Of a stretch of DNA of 64,000 nt, positions 19,401 to 30,937 are shown piece after piece. Source of the stretch: Bacteroidales bacterium (GTDB lineage Bacteria; Bacteroidota; Bacteroidia; Bacteroidales; UBA12170); assembly GCA_021158405.1 (NCBI GenBank), contig JAGGUP010000099.1, positions 1,211 to 65,210 on the forward strand, given 5' to 3'. The notes below the pieces were generated by a model that worked only from the letters and a program-made list of their open reading frames with translations, searched no databases and was not told the DNA's origin. The stretch's first letter is position 1; each line of letters opens with the position of its first letter. The translations under genes and the position numbers were made by a program.

Positions 19401-19990
19401 TAGATCCGTATTCAAACGATCATCCAAAAAGCAAAAGCTGGTTGCCGGCAAAACGGGTTTCTTATGGCCCTTTCCAGGCTATGATCGATTTAGGTGAAGA
19501 CTATTTTATTGATTTTGCGTTTTTGCACGATATGCAATATACGGCCAATTTCCAGATTTACGCCGGAACTCCCGATCATTGGACTGAAATAACTACTTAT
19601 GAAACCTCATCTTTTAGACGATGGAAAGAAGTAGATTTAGGTGTAACATCACGTTATTTGTTGCTTTCCATGACCAATACCATTTATGCTTATATCAATG
19701 AGATAGCACTTTATGGCTATGTTATAAACCAAATGGATAAATCAGCGATGCATTTTAATCCTGAGGATTCTCCTGAGTATTTGATCTATCCTAATCCGAC
19801 TCAGTATCAAATTAAAATTCAAGATAAAACAGAGAATCAGATCGTTGAAATAATAAACATAAACGGGAAAGTTATTCTTAAAACACAAGAAAACACTATA
19901 AATATCTCCAATCTTTCAAACGGAATTTATTTACTCAGATTATATGATTATGAAGAAGTGATTTTCCAAGATCGCTTTATCAAAAGGTAA
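16460..19990 (+). CDS. T9SS-secreted multidomain protein: beta-helix, Ig/cadherin-like repeats, malectin-like, discoidin-like, type A CTD
   Basis: Signal peptide; Asn/Ile-rich parallel beta-helix repeats; N.AP...I / DADND Ig repeats; YRVNFGG...YKVKLFFAE...FNV malectin-like domain; C-terminal IYPNPT...ISNLSNGIYLLRL CTD. Confidence 0.85.
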   Translation: MRKLRFFVAFVLTLGLLLSTSFTNAQNIFYVDAETTYLVAANLTPTPVGGDIIKIRAGRTKTLKFKGFEGSKNSPILFINDGGQVNINTEAWGALTFEDCKFIKVSGTGDPNVHYGFKLTGLTSGLTFGEYSSDCEAEFIEIEGVPSTFFGIYAKKDFSGNPPTPYPLFNNLSIHDTYIHDLAEGMYIGETISPGMEFHHLRIYNNIVVNTLRESVQIANSVEDVEIYNNLFLNAGLENTPVQNNGLQIGSNTIAKVYNNIIINSPSFGIIVLGNRDIEIKNNFIQNNAGIFIDDRYAILPYSANRIEENFFDQINNVQIIENRNEFNDLFILNNSFSTDISFFKSTVDIAGLSDISNNQLVSIPDFQYSIENGVFTNSAQNPVSYQTMGPQNGLSHVFNDTPILQAIDDVLIVCSTNSTIQLSATVNDQDIIHFESRDLPSFVQLEELSSGKAELILNPSLENKGTYEFGILVYDESHHAYDRQIVQLSVQEADNQVPVLNFESPITLEAASKFQLNITASDADNDPLFYSVNALPAFAKIVTNELGETFLDIQPKITDIGLYQMEVVADDKFGTPATQLLYLMISQPVLSSDRILYRVNFGGPEIEGEPINWEVDPINSTAVYSTTFFLKSGSWSWTGKNATSAPNNLFGPYRYGTEMHFAFPLSANGHYKVKLFFAERSTEVNANTTGTFNVFLENIEVLHAFNIYQTAGYEALEQSFEVLVEDQLLQLDFQSMDNKAKINGIEISYLDEGIQNQAPKIQAIAPIILNENEVSNIQVPILDDAFASCGSLRLTAENAPNFLSVNQNAEGEFSLHLQPDYSAAGVYENITLTAFDGCLEHSIAISLTVMNTNRLPVLEDISTIDLEAGSNLTVEVYANDADGDQLNLLLYSAPDFVKLSDFGSGYGNLNFSPDLTVTGNFAFEIRAEDGQGGSSSVLLNVQITPAPVTERIVLNTAMITDLVDGGSRYSPIYLANEQSIDPYSNDHPKSKSWLPAKRVSYGPFQAMIDLGEDYFIDFAFLHDMQYTANFQIYAGTPDHWTEITTYETSSFRRWKEVDLGVTSRYLLLSMTNTIYAYINEIALYGYVINQMDKSAMHFNPEDSPEYLIYPNPTQYQIKIQDKTENQIVEIININGKVILKTQENTINISNLSNGIYLLRLYDYEEVIFQDRFIKR

Positions 19991-20152
19991 AAATAAATTC
20001 TAATTTCTTATTTTAAGAGCTTTGCAATACTATAGATTTTGATTCAAATTGAGGCAAAATCAGATGAAAAACCACAATTTACTTACGTAGATGAGGATTT
20101 TGAAGAAGATTTTAACGAAGAGTTGGCTCAAAAAATGAGTATTTCAAAGCTC

Positions 20153-21496
20153 TCATTTTATTAAAACGACATATCCCCAAGCAGATAATTTCATTTCGTT
20201 TAGGGCAAAATCACCTTCAAAGCCATTTTCCATATAGGTATTATAACCTTCAAAATCAGTATTTTCAAGGTTAAAATTAACTTCTTCAGTAGAAAGATTC
20301 AATAAAACGCGAACATTTCCACGATCAAAAGCAAAGATTTGCTCATCAGCAGAACTTGGAATACGTACAAAATGTTCACCATACGAACCACTATTTAACG
20401 CTTTTTGAGTGTGCTTTAAAGAGGTCAGCTTTTTAAAGAAATCTGTTTTACTGTATCCATCCCAATCGATTAAATCTTTTTCGAAAAACAACAAGCGTTT
20501 ATTCAATGCCGATTCCTGACCATTATAAATCAATGGCATATCGCCTACTGTAAAGCTTAAAACCGATAAAACGTCAGCAGCATCTCCTAAACGTTCACCA
20601 ACAGTTCCATTCCAAGAATTTTCATCGTGATTGGTGGTGAAATACATTTTATAGCTTCTTTCAGGATACAGTTCGTCTAATTCATCAAAATAGGCATTCA
20701 TATCATTGGCGTTGATATTTCCTTTAGCAATTTCATTCATTAAATGATGTTGATGCCAACCGTAATCCATATCAAAGGCTTTATTGACAAGTTCAGCTTT
20801 TTCAGCTTCTGCTAACATAAAAACGGGTTTTACCTTATCCAATTCTACACGCGTATTTTCCCAAAAATCGGTTGGGACTTCCCCTGCAACATCGCAACGA
20901 AAACCATCTACATCCATATTACGAACCCAAAACAACATCTCGTTTTTCATAGCTTCGCGCATATCCGTATTGCTATAATCAAAGGCCACAACATCCGTCC
21001 AATCGAAAGGTGAAACCATAACTCCTGTACTGTCTTTTTTATAATATTCGGGATGTTCAGTGACCCAGGCATGATCCCAGGCACTATGGTTAGCTACCCA
21101 ATCTAAAATTACATACAAGCCTAAATCATGTGCTTTTTCGATAATCGATTGCATATCTTCCATGGTTCCAAACTCGGGATTTACAGCACTATAATCTTGA
21201 ATTGAATAATACGATCCGAGACTTCCCTTCCGATTTTCTAATCCAATTGGAAATATCGGCATAAACCATAAAATATCAACACCCAATTCTTTCAATCTAG
21301 GCAATTCGGCTTCAAAAGCTTTGAAAGTGCCTTCCTCAGTATATTGACGAACATTTACTTCGTAAATAACTGCATTCTTCGACCATTCTACAGGTAGAGC
21401 GGCTTCACTTTTAGCTTTATTATCAACCTGATTACCACAAGATTGAAACAAAAGGCCACTACTAAACAATCCGATAAAAATTAAAACTTTTTTCAT
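20153..21496 (-). CDS. GH13 alpha-amylase family lipoprotein
   Basis: Lipobox FQSC; LDWVANH; catalytic GFRCDVA, MLAE and TNHDE. Likely start 21496. Confidence 0.88.
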   Translation of the reverse strand: MKKVLIFIGLFSSGLLFQSCGNQVDNKAKSEAALPVEWSKNAVIYEVNVRQYTEEGTFKAFEAELPRLKELGVDILWFMPIFPIGLENRKGSLGSYYSIQDYSAVNPEFGTMEDMQSIIEKAHDLGLYVILDWVANHSAWDHAWVTEHPEYYKKDSTGVMVSPFDWTDVVAFDYSNTDMREAMKNEMLFWVRNMDVDGFRCDVAGEVPTDFWENTRVELDKVKPVFMLAEAEKAELVNKAFDMDYGWHQHHLMNEIAKGNINANDMNAYFDELDELYPERSYKMYFTTNHDENSWNGTVGERLGDAADVLSVLSFTVGDMPLIYNGQESALNKRLLFFEKDLIDWDGYSKTDFFKKLTSLKHTQKALNSGSYGEHFVRIPSSADEQIFAFDRGNVRVLLNLSTEEVNFNLENTDFEGYNTYMENGFEGDFALNEMKLSAWGYVVLIK

Positions 21497-21635
21497 AGTA
21501 AACTTTTTTTGAATTAAATACATTGGTTAAGAAGCAAATATACAATAAAATTTTTGCTGTAAATTCGAAAATATCAATACCTTCTGCTTTGTACCAAATC
21601 AAAATACTTTTATACATTTGTTAAAAAGGAGTCTG

Positions 21636-22547
21636 ATGTCAGCTTGGGAATCACATATCTTAGGATTTAAAAATTATTTACGTTTAGAAAAATCACTTTC
21701 CAACAATTCTATCCAAGCTTATTTAAGCGATTTGGAAAAGCTTATTAACTTTTTGGAAGCTCATCAGCTCAATATACAGCCGCAACATATTGAATTAAAG
21801 CATTTACAAGATTTTTTACAATGGGTAACTGAATTAGGTCTTAGTGCACGTTCACAAGCTCGCTTGATCTCCGGCATTAAAGCTTTTTACAAATATCTGA
21901 TTCTGGAAAATTATCTTAAAAATGATCCAACAGAACTTCTCGATTCGCCCAAGCTCGGCATTAAATTACCCGAAACGCTTTCCATTTTAGAAATTGATAA
22001 GATGATCAATCAAATCGATCTGAGCAAAGCCGAAGGAGAACGCAACAAGGCGATGCTCGAAACTTTGTATGGATGTGGGTTAAGGGTGAGCGAATTGGTA
22101 AATTTAAAGCTTTCGAATATTTATGTTGATGAAGGATTTATCCGAGTTACCGGAAAAGGCGATAAAGAAAGATTGATTCCTATTGGATCACAGGCTTTAA
22201 AACAAATATCAAATTACGTAAATCAATCGCGCATACATATTGAAATTCAAAGAGGATATGAAGATTTTACCTTTTTAAACAGGCGAGGCAAAGTACTTAC
22301 CAGAACCATGGTTTTTCTGATAACAAAAGATTTAGCTGCTCGAGCCGGTATTCACAAAAATATTAGTCCACATACTTTCCGACATAGTTTTGCAACTCAT
22401 TTGGTTGAAGGTGGAGCTAATTTAAGGGCGGTACAAGAAATGCTTGGTCACGAGTCCATTATTACCACAGAAATATACACCCATCTCGATAGGAATTATT
22501 TAAAAGAAGAAATCTTGGTACATCATCCACGTTCAGTAAAAACCTAA
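21636..22547 (+). CDS. xerD: Site-specific tyrosine recombinase XerD
   Basis: Complete catalytic set: GLRVSEL, GKGDKER, SPHTFRHSFATHL, LGHESI.TTEIY. Likely start ATG 21636. Confidence 0.88.
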   Translation: MSAWESHILGFKNYLRLEKSLSNNSIQAYLSDLEKLINFLEAHQLNIQPQHIELKHLQDFLQWVTELGLSARSQARLISGIKAFYKYLILENYLKNDPTELLDSPKLGIKLPETLSILEIDKMINQIDLSKAEGERNKAMLETLYGCGLRVSELVNLKLSNIYVDEGFIRVTGKGDKERLIPIGSQALKQISNYVNQSRIHIEIQRGYEDFTFLNRRGKVLTRTMVFLITKDLAARAGIHKNISPHTFRHSFATHLVEGGANLRAVQEMLGHESIITTEIYTHLDRNYLKEEILVHHPRSVKT

Positions 22548-23029
22548 ACGTCACTATCTATTGTTCCGTCGTCTTTAATATAAACGCCCCAGTTAACTGC
22601 TTGTAATTTTCCCTTGACGAAGTAGAAATCCATAAGAGCATCTTCGCAGCTAAGTCTTCTTTCGCCCCACTCCTCTTCATCTTCTTCAAAATTACCATAG
22701 CCATTATCTTCCATTAGTTTTCTGGCTTCCGCTTCTGTTTTATCAAATATTTTAACTCCAAATAAAGTGGCTTCTTTATTATCAACATCAAAATTAGAAA
22801 CAATGGGTTCTATTAAACCTTCCAGGAAAACAGTAATTCCTTTATCAGGAAAGGATAAAATGGTCGTTTTAAGATCGTCATCCGTACGAACATCTTCTAC
22901 ACTTTCTGGTTCCCCCATAATTTTTGATAAGTTTTCTGGGATTTCGCCGAACAAAATATTGCCTAAACCTTCTTTCGGTTTAATTTCGAGATTTAACATA
23001 TTCATCATTAAGTTAACATTAGGATTCAT
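22544..23029 (-). CDS. Acidic hypothetical protein
   Basis: Long ORF with protein-like composition (EIKPKEGLGNILFGE...GEPE). Exact start is uncertain. Confidence 0.7.
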   Translation of the reverse strand: MNPNVNLMMNMLNLEIKPKEGLGNILFGEIPENLSKIMGEPESVEDVRTDDDLKTTILSFPDKGITVFLEGLIEPIVSNFDVDNKEATLFGVKIFDKTEAEARKLMEDNGYGNFEEDEEEWGERRLSCEDALMDFYFVKGKLQAVNWGVYIKDDGTIDSDV

Positions 23030-23129
23030 AAAAAAACAAATATAAAGTAAATTATAAGATAGCAAAATTTTTTAAAATATTTTATTGAATCGAAATCAAA
23101 AAAACACTATAAAAACTCGAAATAATATT

Positions 23130-23139
23130 TATCTTTGCA
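23130..23139 (+). promoter_or_regulatory. -7 box of the tRNA promoter
   Basis: TATCTTTGCA lies 11 nt upstream of the tRNA 5' end. Confidence 0.75.
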
Positions 23140-23150
23140 GCCGTAAATTT

Positions 23151-23224
23151 GGTCCAGTAGCTCAGTTGGATAGAGCAGCAGCCTTCTAAGCTGCGGGTCG
23201 TGGGTTCGAATCCCGCCTGGATCA
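23151..23224 (+). tRNA. tRNA-Arg (anticodon TCT)
   Basis: Cloverleaf: GGTCCAG acceptor pairing with CTGGATC, D arm GCTC/GAGC, anticodon arm GCAGC-CTTCTAA-GCTGC, T loop TTCGAAT. CCA is not encoded. Confidence 0.97.
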
Positions 23225-23227
23225 CAT

Positions 23228-23262
23228 AAACCGTTGTTAATAAATAGATAACAACGGTTTTT
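23228..23262. terminator. Bidirectional terminator between the tRNA and the sensor kinase
   Basis: AAACCGTTGTTA...TAACAACGGTTT inverted repeat followed by a T run. Confidence 0.8.
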
Positions 23263-26200
23263 TTAATTCAGATACTTTCCAATCATTTCTGTAAATAACG
23301 TTTTATCAATAGGCTTTGAAATATAATCATCACAACCTACATCCAATGCTTTTCTCCTGTCGCCAGAAATAGCATAAGCAGTTTGGGCTATGACTTTAAG
23401 ATTCGGCTTTATCTTTTTTATCTCGATGGTAGCATCATATCCATTCATTTCCGGCATATTAATATCCATGAGTACCAAATCAATATCCGACCTCAGCTTA
23501 CACACTTGAATAGCTTCTCTACCACTTTTAGCCCAAATTGTATTTATGCCCAATCGCCCAAGCACTATTTTTAAAAATTCAAAACTAGCTTCATCATCTT
23601 CAACAACCAAAACCGTTTTCTTGTCGAATTTACTTATTTTAATGCTTTCTATTTGTTCTGTTTTTTCTTCTATTGTATACCTTTCATTTGGGATGGTAAA
23701 ATAAAATATGGATCCACTTCGATTATTCTCTGAATCTGATTCCACCCAAAGTTCTCCACCTAAAAGTTCCGCCAGTTTTTTCGAAATGGACAAACCGATG
23801 CCTGTTCCGCCATAAACGCGTGTATGCGATTCTTCCACTTGCCTAAACATCTCAAATATAAGGCTTTGTTTGTCTTTCGGAATTCCAATACCAGTATCTT
23901 CAACAAAAAATTTAAGCATCGATCTTCCCTCTATCGATTCTACAGTAAACCCATAATTCACCTGTCCTTCATGGGTAAACTTAAGCGCATTTTTTAACAG
24001 GTTAATCAGTATTTGTTTAAACTTTGATGAATCGGTATAAATTATCAATTGTTCATAATCAGACGGCAGAATTTGATTAATGGCAATATTCCCCTTATCG
24101 ATATTCAGTTGCTCTATCTTTATGATTTCATCAATATTTCTTAGAATTGATTTTAATCTTTCTTCTTTTTTCTCAATTTGTATTTCGCCTGTCTCAATAA
24201 GAGTGATATCGAAAATATCTTCTACAATATCAAGTAGGTGCAAACCACTCGAATTAATCGTTTTATTAAACTCTAAAATCTCATCCAGAGGCACATCTTT
24301 ATCAATAATTTCTGAAAATCCGATAATGGCATTAAGAGGAGTCCGCAATTCATGAGACATAGTAGTTAGGAAAGTCGATTTCAAACGGTCAGATTCTTTT
24401 GCCATTTCAAGAGCACTTATCAAGTCTTGTTCTGCTTTTTTTCTACTAATTGCAAGGCCAATAGATTGAGAAACAAATTCAAGTATTTCCAAGTCATTTA
24501 AATTATATGCTTTTTCATCATCATAACTTTGCACTACAATGGCACCAGTTACTTTACCATTTAAAATCATTGGCACTCCAAGCCAAATTTCAGAATCTGA
24601 CCCAAAAGATTCAATCTTTCCACTTGCTTCCAATTCTGCCAATACTTCTTTAGTAGCAAATAGCGGTTTCTTTGTTTTTATTACATAACTAGTCAACGAT
24701 TTACCGGCAGGAAAAGAAGTGAAATTATCTTTTTTATCCGCCATATAAGGTAATAAAATAGTATTGGTTTCTTCCTCATAGATAGCAACAAAAAAATTAG
24801 TCGTATCGATTAGAGTTCCCAATCCTTCGCGGATAATGCTGATCAACTCATCCAAATTATCTGTTAGATTTACAGCAAACGCAATTTTATAGATAACCTT
24901 TTGCATTTTAGCCGTTCGTGTACGCTCAGTAATATCATTTGCAATGGATAAGATTCCATATTGTCCATTGGGAAGCATCACTTTTGTTTCGTACAACTCC
25001 ACATTTCTCAAGCTGCCATCTTTGGCTATATTTACAACTTCATGTTTAAGCGTTTTCCCATGCAATAAAGCCTGATAATTAATTTCTATTTCCCCTTCTT
25101 CGTTTGCCAGAATACTTACATTTTTATTTTGTAATTCTGCTGGTGTATATCCATTGTATTTGCAAAACGAATCATTGATATCCAGAATTATTCCATCCGT
25201 ATCCAAAACTACAATTCCACTGGGCGATAAATCGAAAAGTGCCTTATAATATTGTTCCCTGAGTAATAATTTCTCTTGCATTTTTTTATTTTCACTGATA
25301 TCTTTTACAGTTCCAAAAGCAACGGCTTTATTTTCATAAATGATACGGTCAATCGTCATATTTACATACACTTGTGTGACTCCATCTTTATGTAAAGCTC
25401 TAAATTCAAAATTATTAATCGGAGCCCCCCCCTTCATTCTTCTGATATAGTTGCCTAATACCATTTTCCAATCTTCCGGAGCTATAATTTTCTTGAAATC
25501 CATTCCGAAAACATCTTCTTTGGTATATCCAATAATGGAGGCAAAAGCTTCATTTACAAATAAAATTTTCTTCTCATTTATAATGAACACTCCATCTTGA
25601 ATATTCTCAATCAAGGTGCGGTATTTCTCTTCCGATTCTTTTAATAATAATGCAGCATTTTTCGTCTCCGAAATATCTTCGATTGTTCCTTCGTAATAAA
25701 TTATTTTTCCGGCTGAATCATAAAAAGCCTTGGCATTTTCACGAACAAAAACTGTTTCATTATTTTTTATTTTCCAACTTGATTCATGCCCTTTTAAATA
25801 TCCGGTACGATTAATCAATTCAAGAATCTTGGTTCTAGAAGTATCGGTATATAAACTATCTTCCGCCAAATTACGTTGAGTTAATTCATCAAGATCCCGA
25901 TACCCAAGCATAGCTACGAGTGCAGGATTTGCTAAAATGATTTTACCTTCGGGAGTAGTTCGATAAAACCCAATGGAAGTATTCTCAAACAAAACCCTGA
26001 AATGTTCTTCACTTTTTTTTAATTCATCTTCGGCTAACTTACGCTTGGTTATATCGTGGTTAATTGACAAACTTGCCACTTCACCCTTAAACTCAATGGG
26101 AGTAACTATTACTTCTGTCCAAAACTCAGTGCCATCTTTCCTCCTTTTCTTCTCGGTGGTGGTCACCATTTTTCCGGCAAACAACTTTTCATTCCAATCA

Positions 26201-26934
26201 CTGATATCAATTTCTCCCGTTCCTGCAATAGCCAAGTCATCAATAATATTCATTTGCAAGAGTTCCACTCTCGAATAACCTGTTTGCCTTACAGCCGCCG
26301 AATTCACTTCAACGATTTCGCCCATATTTGTTTTGCCAATTCGCGTAACAAATACAGCATCTCCAAGGTCGTCGAATAAACGTCTAAATCTTTCCTTGCT
26401 TTGTTTAAGTTCTTTTTCTGCTTTTTTACGATCCGTGATATCGCGCCAAACGGTATGAAGAACTTTATTGTCTTCCTCGTTTTCAATAACCGTTAATAAC
26501 ACTTCAACCGGGAAAATTTCTCCGTCTGCTTTTTTATGATTCCATTCAAATCGATAGCTCCCATGCTTAAAAGCAATTTCTATCATTTTGGCTTCCTTGC
26601 TTATGGACAATTGCCCGTCTTCTTGTTTTTCAGGCGATAAATCTGACGGATGCTTATTTAGAAATTCATTCTTACTATGATAACGGAGCATTTTTATGGT
26701 AGCATTATTACAGTCAACAAATATTCCATTTTGCAAAACTAAAATAGCGTCTTTTGATTTCTCGAATAAACCCTTATACTTTTTTGCGTTTTCCTGTAAT
26801 TCCTTATTTACTTGTGGAATAGCCTGTTCTGAATATTGTCGAGCACTTTCAGACTTTTCAAATCTGGCAATTTGAGCTTTTAAAAGGTCTATTTCTTCAA
26901 GAAGTTGTTCTTTTGTTTTGTCTTTGTTTTGCAT
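23263..26934 (-). CDS. Soluble hybrid sensor histidine kinase (about 5 PAS, GAF, HisKA, HATPase, REC)
   Basis: Repeated PAS/PAC ends (DITDRKKAE, DITKRKLAE, DITERTR), H-box SHELRTPLN, N/G boxes, receiver VLVVEDD...LMDINMP...K. No TM segment is seen. Confidence 0.93.
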   Translation of the reverse strand: MQNKDKTKEQLLEEIDLLKAQIARFEKSESARQYSEQAIPQVNKELQENAKKYKGLFEKSKDAILVLQNGIFVDCNNATIKMLRYHSKNEFLNKHPSDLSPEKQEDGQLSISKEAKMIEIAFKHGSYRFEWNHKKADGEIFPVEVLLTVIENEEDNKVLHTVWRDITDRKKAEKELKQSKERFRRLFDDLGDAVFVTRIGKTNMGEIVEVNSAAVRQTGYSRVELLQMNIIDDLAIAGTGEIDISDWNEKLFAGKMVTTTEKKRRKDGTEFWTEVIVTPIEFKGEVASLSINHDITKRKLAEDELKKSEEHFRVLFENTSIGFYRTTPEGKIILANPALVAMLGYRDLDELTQRNLAEDSLYTDTSRTKILELINRTGYLKGHESSWKIKNNETVFVRENAKAFYDSAGKIIYYEGTIEDISETKNAALLLKESEEKYRTLIENIQDGVFIINEKKILFVNEAFASIIGYTKEDVFGMDFKKIIAPEDWKMVLGNYIRRMKGGAPINNFEFRALHKDGVTQVYVNMTIDRIIYENKAVAFGTVKDISENKKMQEKLLLREQYYKALFDLSPSGIVVLDTDGIILDINDSFCKYNGYTPAELQNKNVSILANEEGEIEINYQALLHGKTLKHEVVNIAKDGSLRNVELYETKVMLPNGQYGILSIANDITERTRTAKMQKVIYKIAFAVNLTDNLDELISIIREGLGTLIDTTNFFVAIYEEETNTILLPYMADKKDNFTSFPAGKSLTSYVIKTKKPLFATKEVLAELEASGKIESFGSDSEIWLGVPMILNGKVTGAIVVQSYDDEKAYNLNDLEILEFVSQSIGLAISRKKAEQDLISALEMAKESDRLKSTFLTTMSHELRTPLNAIIGFSEIIDKDVPLDEILEFNKTINSSGLHLLDIVEDIFDITLIETGEIQIEKKEERLKSILRNIDEIIKIEQLNIDKGNIAINQILPSDYEQLIIYTDSSKFKQILINLLKNALKFTHEGQVNYGFTVESIEGRSMLKFFVEDTGIGIPKDKQSLIFEMFRQVEESHTRVYGGTGIGLSISKKLAELLGGELWVESDSENNRSGSIFYFTIPNERYTIEEKTEQIESIKISKFDKKTVLVVEDDEASFEFLKIVLGRLGINTIWAKSGREAIQVCKLRSDIDLVLMDINMPEMNGYDATIEIKKIKPNLKVIAQTAYAISGDRRKALDVGCDDYISKPIDKTLFTEMIGKYLN

Positions 26935-27341
26935 GTAATTCTATTTAAATAGATATCGAAAAACGTGCAGCAATCATACACTACCTAATTTTTACTAAAA
27001 TAGACATTATTTACTGTACTAATAAACCTATTTAGATTGAATATTCACAAGAGAATGTTAATAGGAATTCCTTTCTGACTAAAGTGTATTATACCAATTT
27101 CTTATTGGATTGAGGAATATAAAAAGATGTTTCAAATTGGAATAATGCCGATGTATATTGAATTGTTTATAGATTCATTTTACATTCTACTCAAATGAAA
27201 TAACAATCGGTATTACTCTCTATTCACAAAAATTAATACAATTGAATGCTTTTTTCAAAGAAATAAATAGGAATCTGTTTTTTCGTAATTTATAGCTACT
27301 TTTGCAAACTTTTTCAAGAACATTATATTAAAATATTTTAG

Positions 27342-28958
<1,617 letters not shown>

Positions 28959-29139
28959 TTATTAGTCTAAAGTCTGAAGGTTATGGTCTGAAAGTCTAAT
29001 ATTGGAATATATGACGGTATAAACTACTTTTTTCGAGAGTGTCGTATACTCTTTCTTAGTCTCCACTTTAACAATTATTAAAGAATAAATATCATCCTTA
29101 ATATGTATTTATTCTACCTTTGTATTCAAAATTTTTTTT

Positions 29140-30816
29140 ATGAAAACGTACGACACTTTAAGTTTCTCTAACTTTATCCCCGATGTGGTTTCACGATTTG
29201 CCAATAATAATGCTTTAGGCTATGTGGATGAACCTGCAATGACTTACGCCCAAATGGGGCAAAATATTGAAGCAGTAAAAGCTTTTCTTGAGGCTGGAAA
29301 CATCAAACCAGGAGACCGCGTAGCGATATACAGTCAAAATATGCCTAACTGGGGTGTTGTTTACTTTGCTCTACAATGTATGGGTGTTGTAGCTGTTCCT
29401 ATTTTACCCGATTTTAATGCGCACGAATTGCAAAATGTATTAGAGCATTCCGAAGCTAAAGTTATCTTTATATCTAAGAGCTTAGAATCTAAACTAAAAG
29501 AGGTTGATTCTGAGTTTATAGAAATGGCCATTCGTATTGACGATTACCAAGTATTAAAAGGAGAAAATAAAAGCTTTGTATTTGATGAAAATGCAAAATG
29601 TACCGGTGATTATACTCCTCAAGAAGATGAGCTGGCCATATTACTTTATACCTCGGGGACTACTGGAGATTCTAAAGGTGTAATGCTTTCGCAAAAAAAT
29701 GTACTTACTAACGTGATACAATCTGGTAGCGTACAAGAGATTTTGGAAAACGACAAATTCTTATCTGTCCTTCCTCTCTCCCATACCTATGAAAATACAA
29801 TTGGCCTATTATTACCCATTAGCAAAGGCGCAGGTGTAACTTATCTGAAAAAACCACCAGTTGCAAGTGTACTTTTGCCAGCAATGGCAACTGTAAAGCC
29901 AGACCTAATGCTTACCGTACCTCTAATTATTGAGAAAGTATTTAAAGCCAGTATTTTACCAACTATACAAAAGAAAACAGCAACGCGATTAATGCATAAA
30001 TACAAGCTTACTCGTAAATTAGTTTACCGAATTGCTGGAAAAAAATTGTATCAAACATTTGGTGGAAATTTAAAATTCTTTGGTATTGGCGGTGCCAAGT
30101 TAGATCCTGTTGTAGAGCAATTTCTTCGCGATGCCAAATTTCCTTATGCTATTGGTTATGGCTTAACAGAAACGGCTCCTTTATTGGCAGGATCAGGACC
30201 AGAGGCGACAAAATTCCAAGCTATTGGTCCTAAAGTAGACAATATCGAACTTATCATTAATAATCCTGATCCAAAAACGGGTGAAGGTGAAATTTGGGCA
30301 AAAGGATCTAATGTGATGTTAGGTTATTATAAAAACGAAGCGAAAACAAAAGAAGTTTTAACCGAAGATGGTTGGTTTAAAACCGGCGATTTGGGTGTCT
30401 TCGACAAAAAAGGAAGGCTCAGCCACAAAGGACGTCTAAAAAATATGATTGTAGGTGCTAATGGAGAAAATATTTATCCCGAAGAAATTGAATCCTTAAT
30501 CAATAATTTCAAACACGTTGTTGAATCTATTGTTATTGAACAAAAAGGTAAATTGGTTGCTCTCGTGCATTTTGATAGAGAAGAATTGGAAACGAAAATT
30601 AAAGGATTAACTACCGATATCAGCAGCAAGGTAGACGATAAGTTAAATGAAATATCGAAGAAAGTAGATGAGACCATCAATGATCTTTCCAAAGAGCTGA
30701 AGCATTACATCAATACCCGTGTGAATAAAATTTCGAAAATACAGACTTTGGTAGTTCATCCAGAGCCTTTTATTAAAACAGCTACTAAAAAAATTAAGCG
30801 ATATTTATATCACTAA
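29140..30816 (+). CDS. Long-chain fatty acyl-CoA synthetase (AMP-binding)
   Basis: YTSGTTGDSKG, GYGLTE and FKTGDLG adenylation motifs. Confidence 0.88.
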   Translation: MKTYDTLSFSNFIPDVVSRFANNNALGYVDEPAMTYAQMGQNIEAVKAFLEAGNIKPGDRVAIYSQNMPNWGVVYFALQCMGVVAVPILPDFNAHELQNVLEHSEAKVIFISKSLESKLKEVDSEFIEMAIRIDDYQVLKGENKSFVFDENAKCTGDYTPQEDELAILLYTSGTTGDSKGVMLSQKNVLTNVIQSGSVQEILENDKFLSVLPLSHTYENTIGLLLPISKGAGVTYLKKPPVASVLLPAMATVKPDLMLTVPLIIEKVFKASILPTIQKKTATRLMHKYKLTRKLVYRIAGKKLYQTFGGNLKFFGIGGAKLDPVVEQFLRDAKFPYAIGYGLTETAPLLAGSGPEATKFQAIGPKVDNIELIINNPDPKTGEGEIWAKGSNVMLGYYKNEAKTKEVLTEDGWFKTGDLGVFDKKGRLSHKGRLKNMIVGANGENIYPEEIESLINNFKHVVESIVIEQKGKLVALVHFDREELETKIKGLTTDISSKVDDKLNEISKKVDETINDLSKELKHYINTRVNKISKIQTLVVHPEPFIKTATKKIKRYLYH

Positions 30817-30937
30817 ATATTTTATTGGTTTATTTCTAAACCTATCTTAACTTTTGATTTTAAATAATTTAGATCTGAACATATAAATATTCATATCTAA
30901 ATTATTCCATTATCTTTGCCCCGATTTAAAAAAATAT

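Noticed and set aside
20039-20164. Acidic 41-codon frame (…YVDEDFEEDFNEELAQKMS…) between the T9SS gene and the amylase
   Set aside because: TTG start only, short, overlaps the amylase stop and has no recognisable family.
21636-23224. Tyrosine recombinase near a tRNA as a sign of an integrated element
   Set aside because: Length and motifs are those of housekeeping XerD. No duplicated tRNA 3' end (att) was found and there are no phage or conjugation genes.
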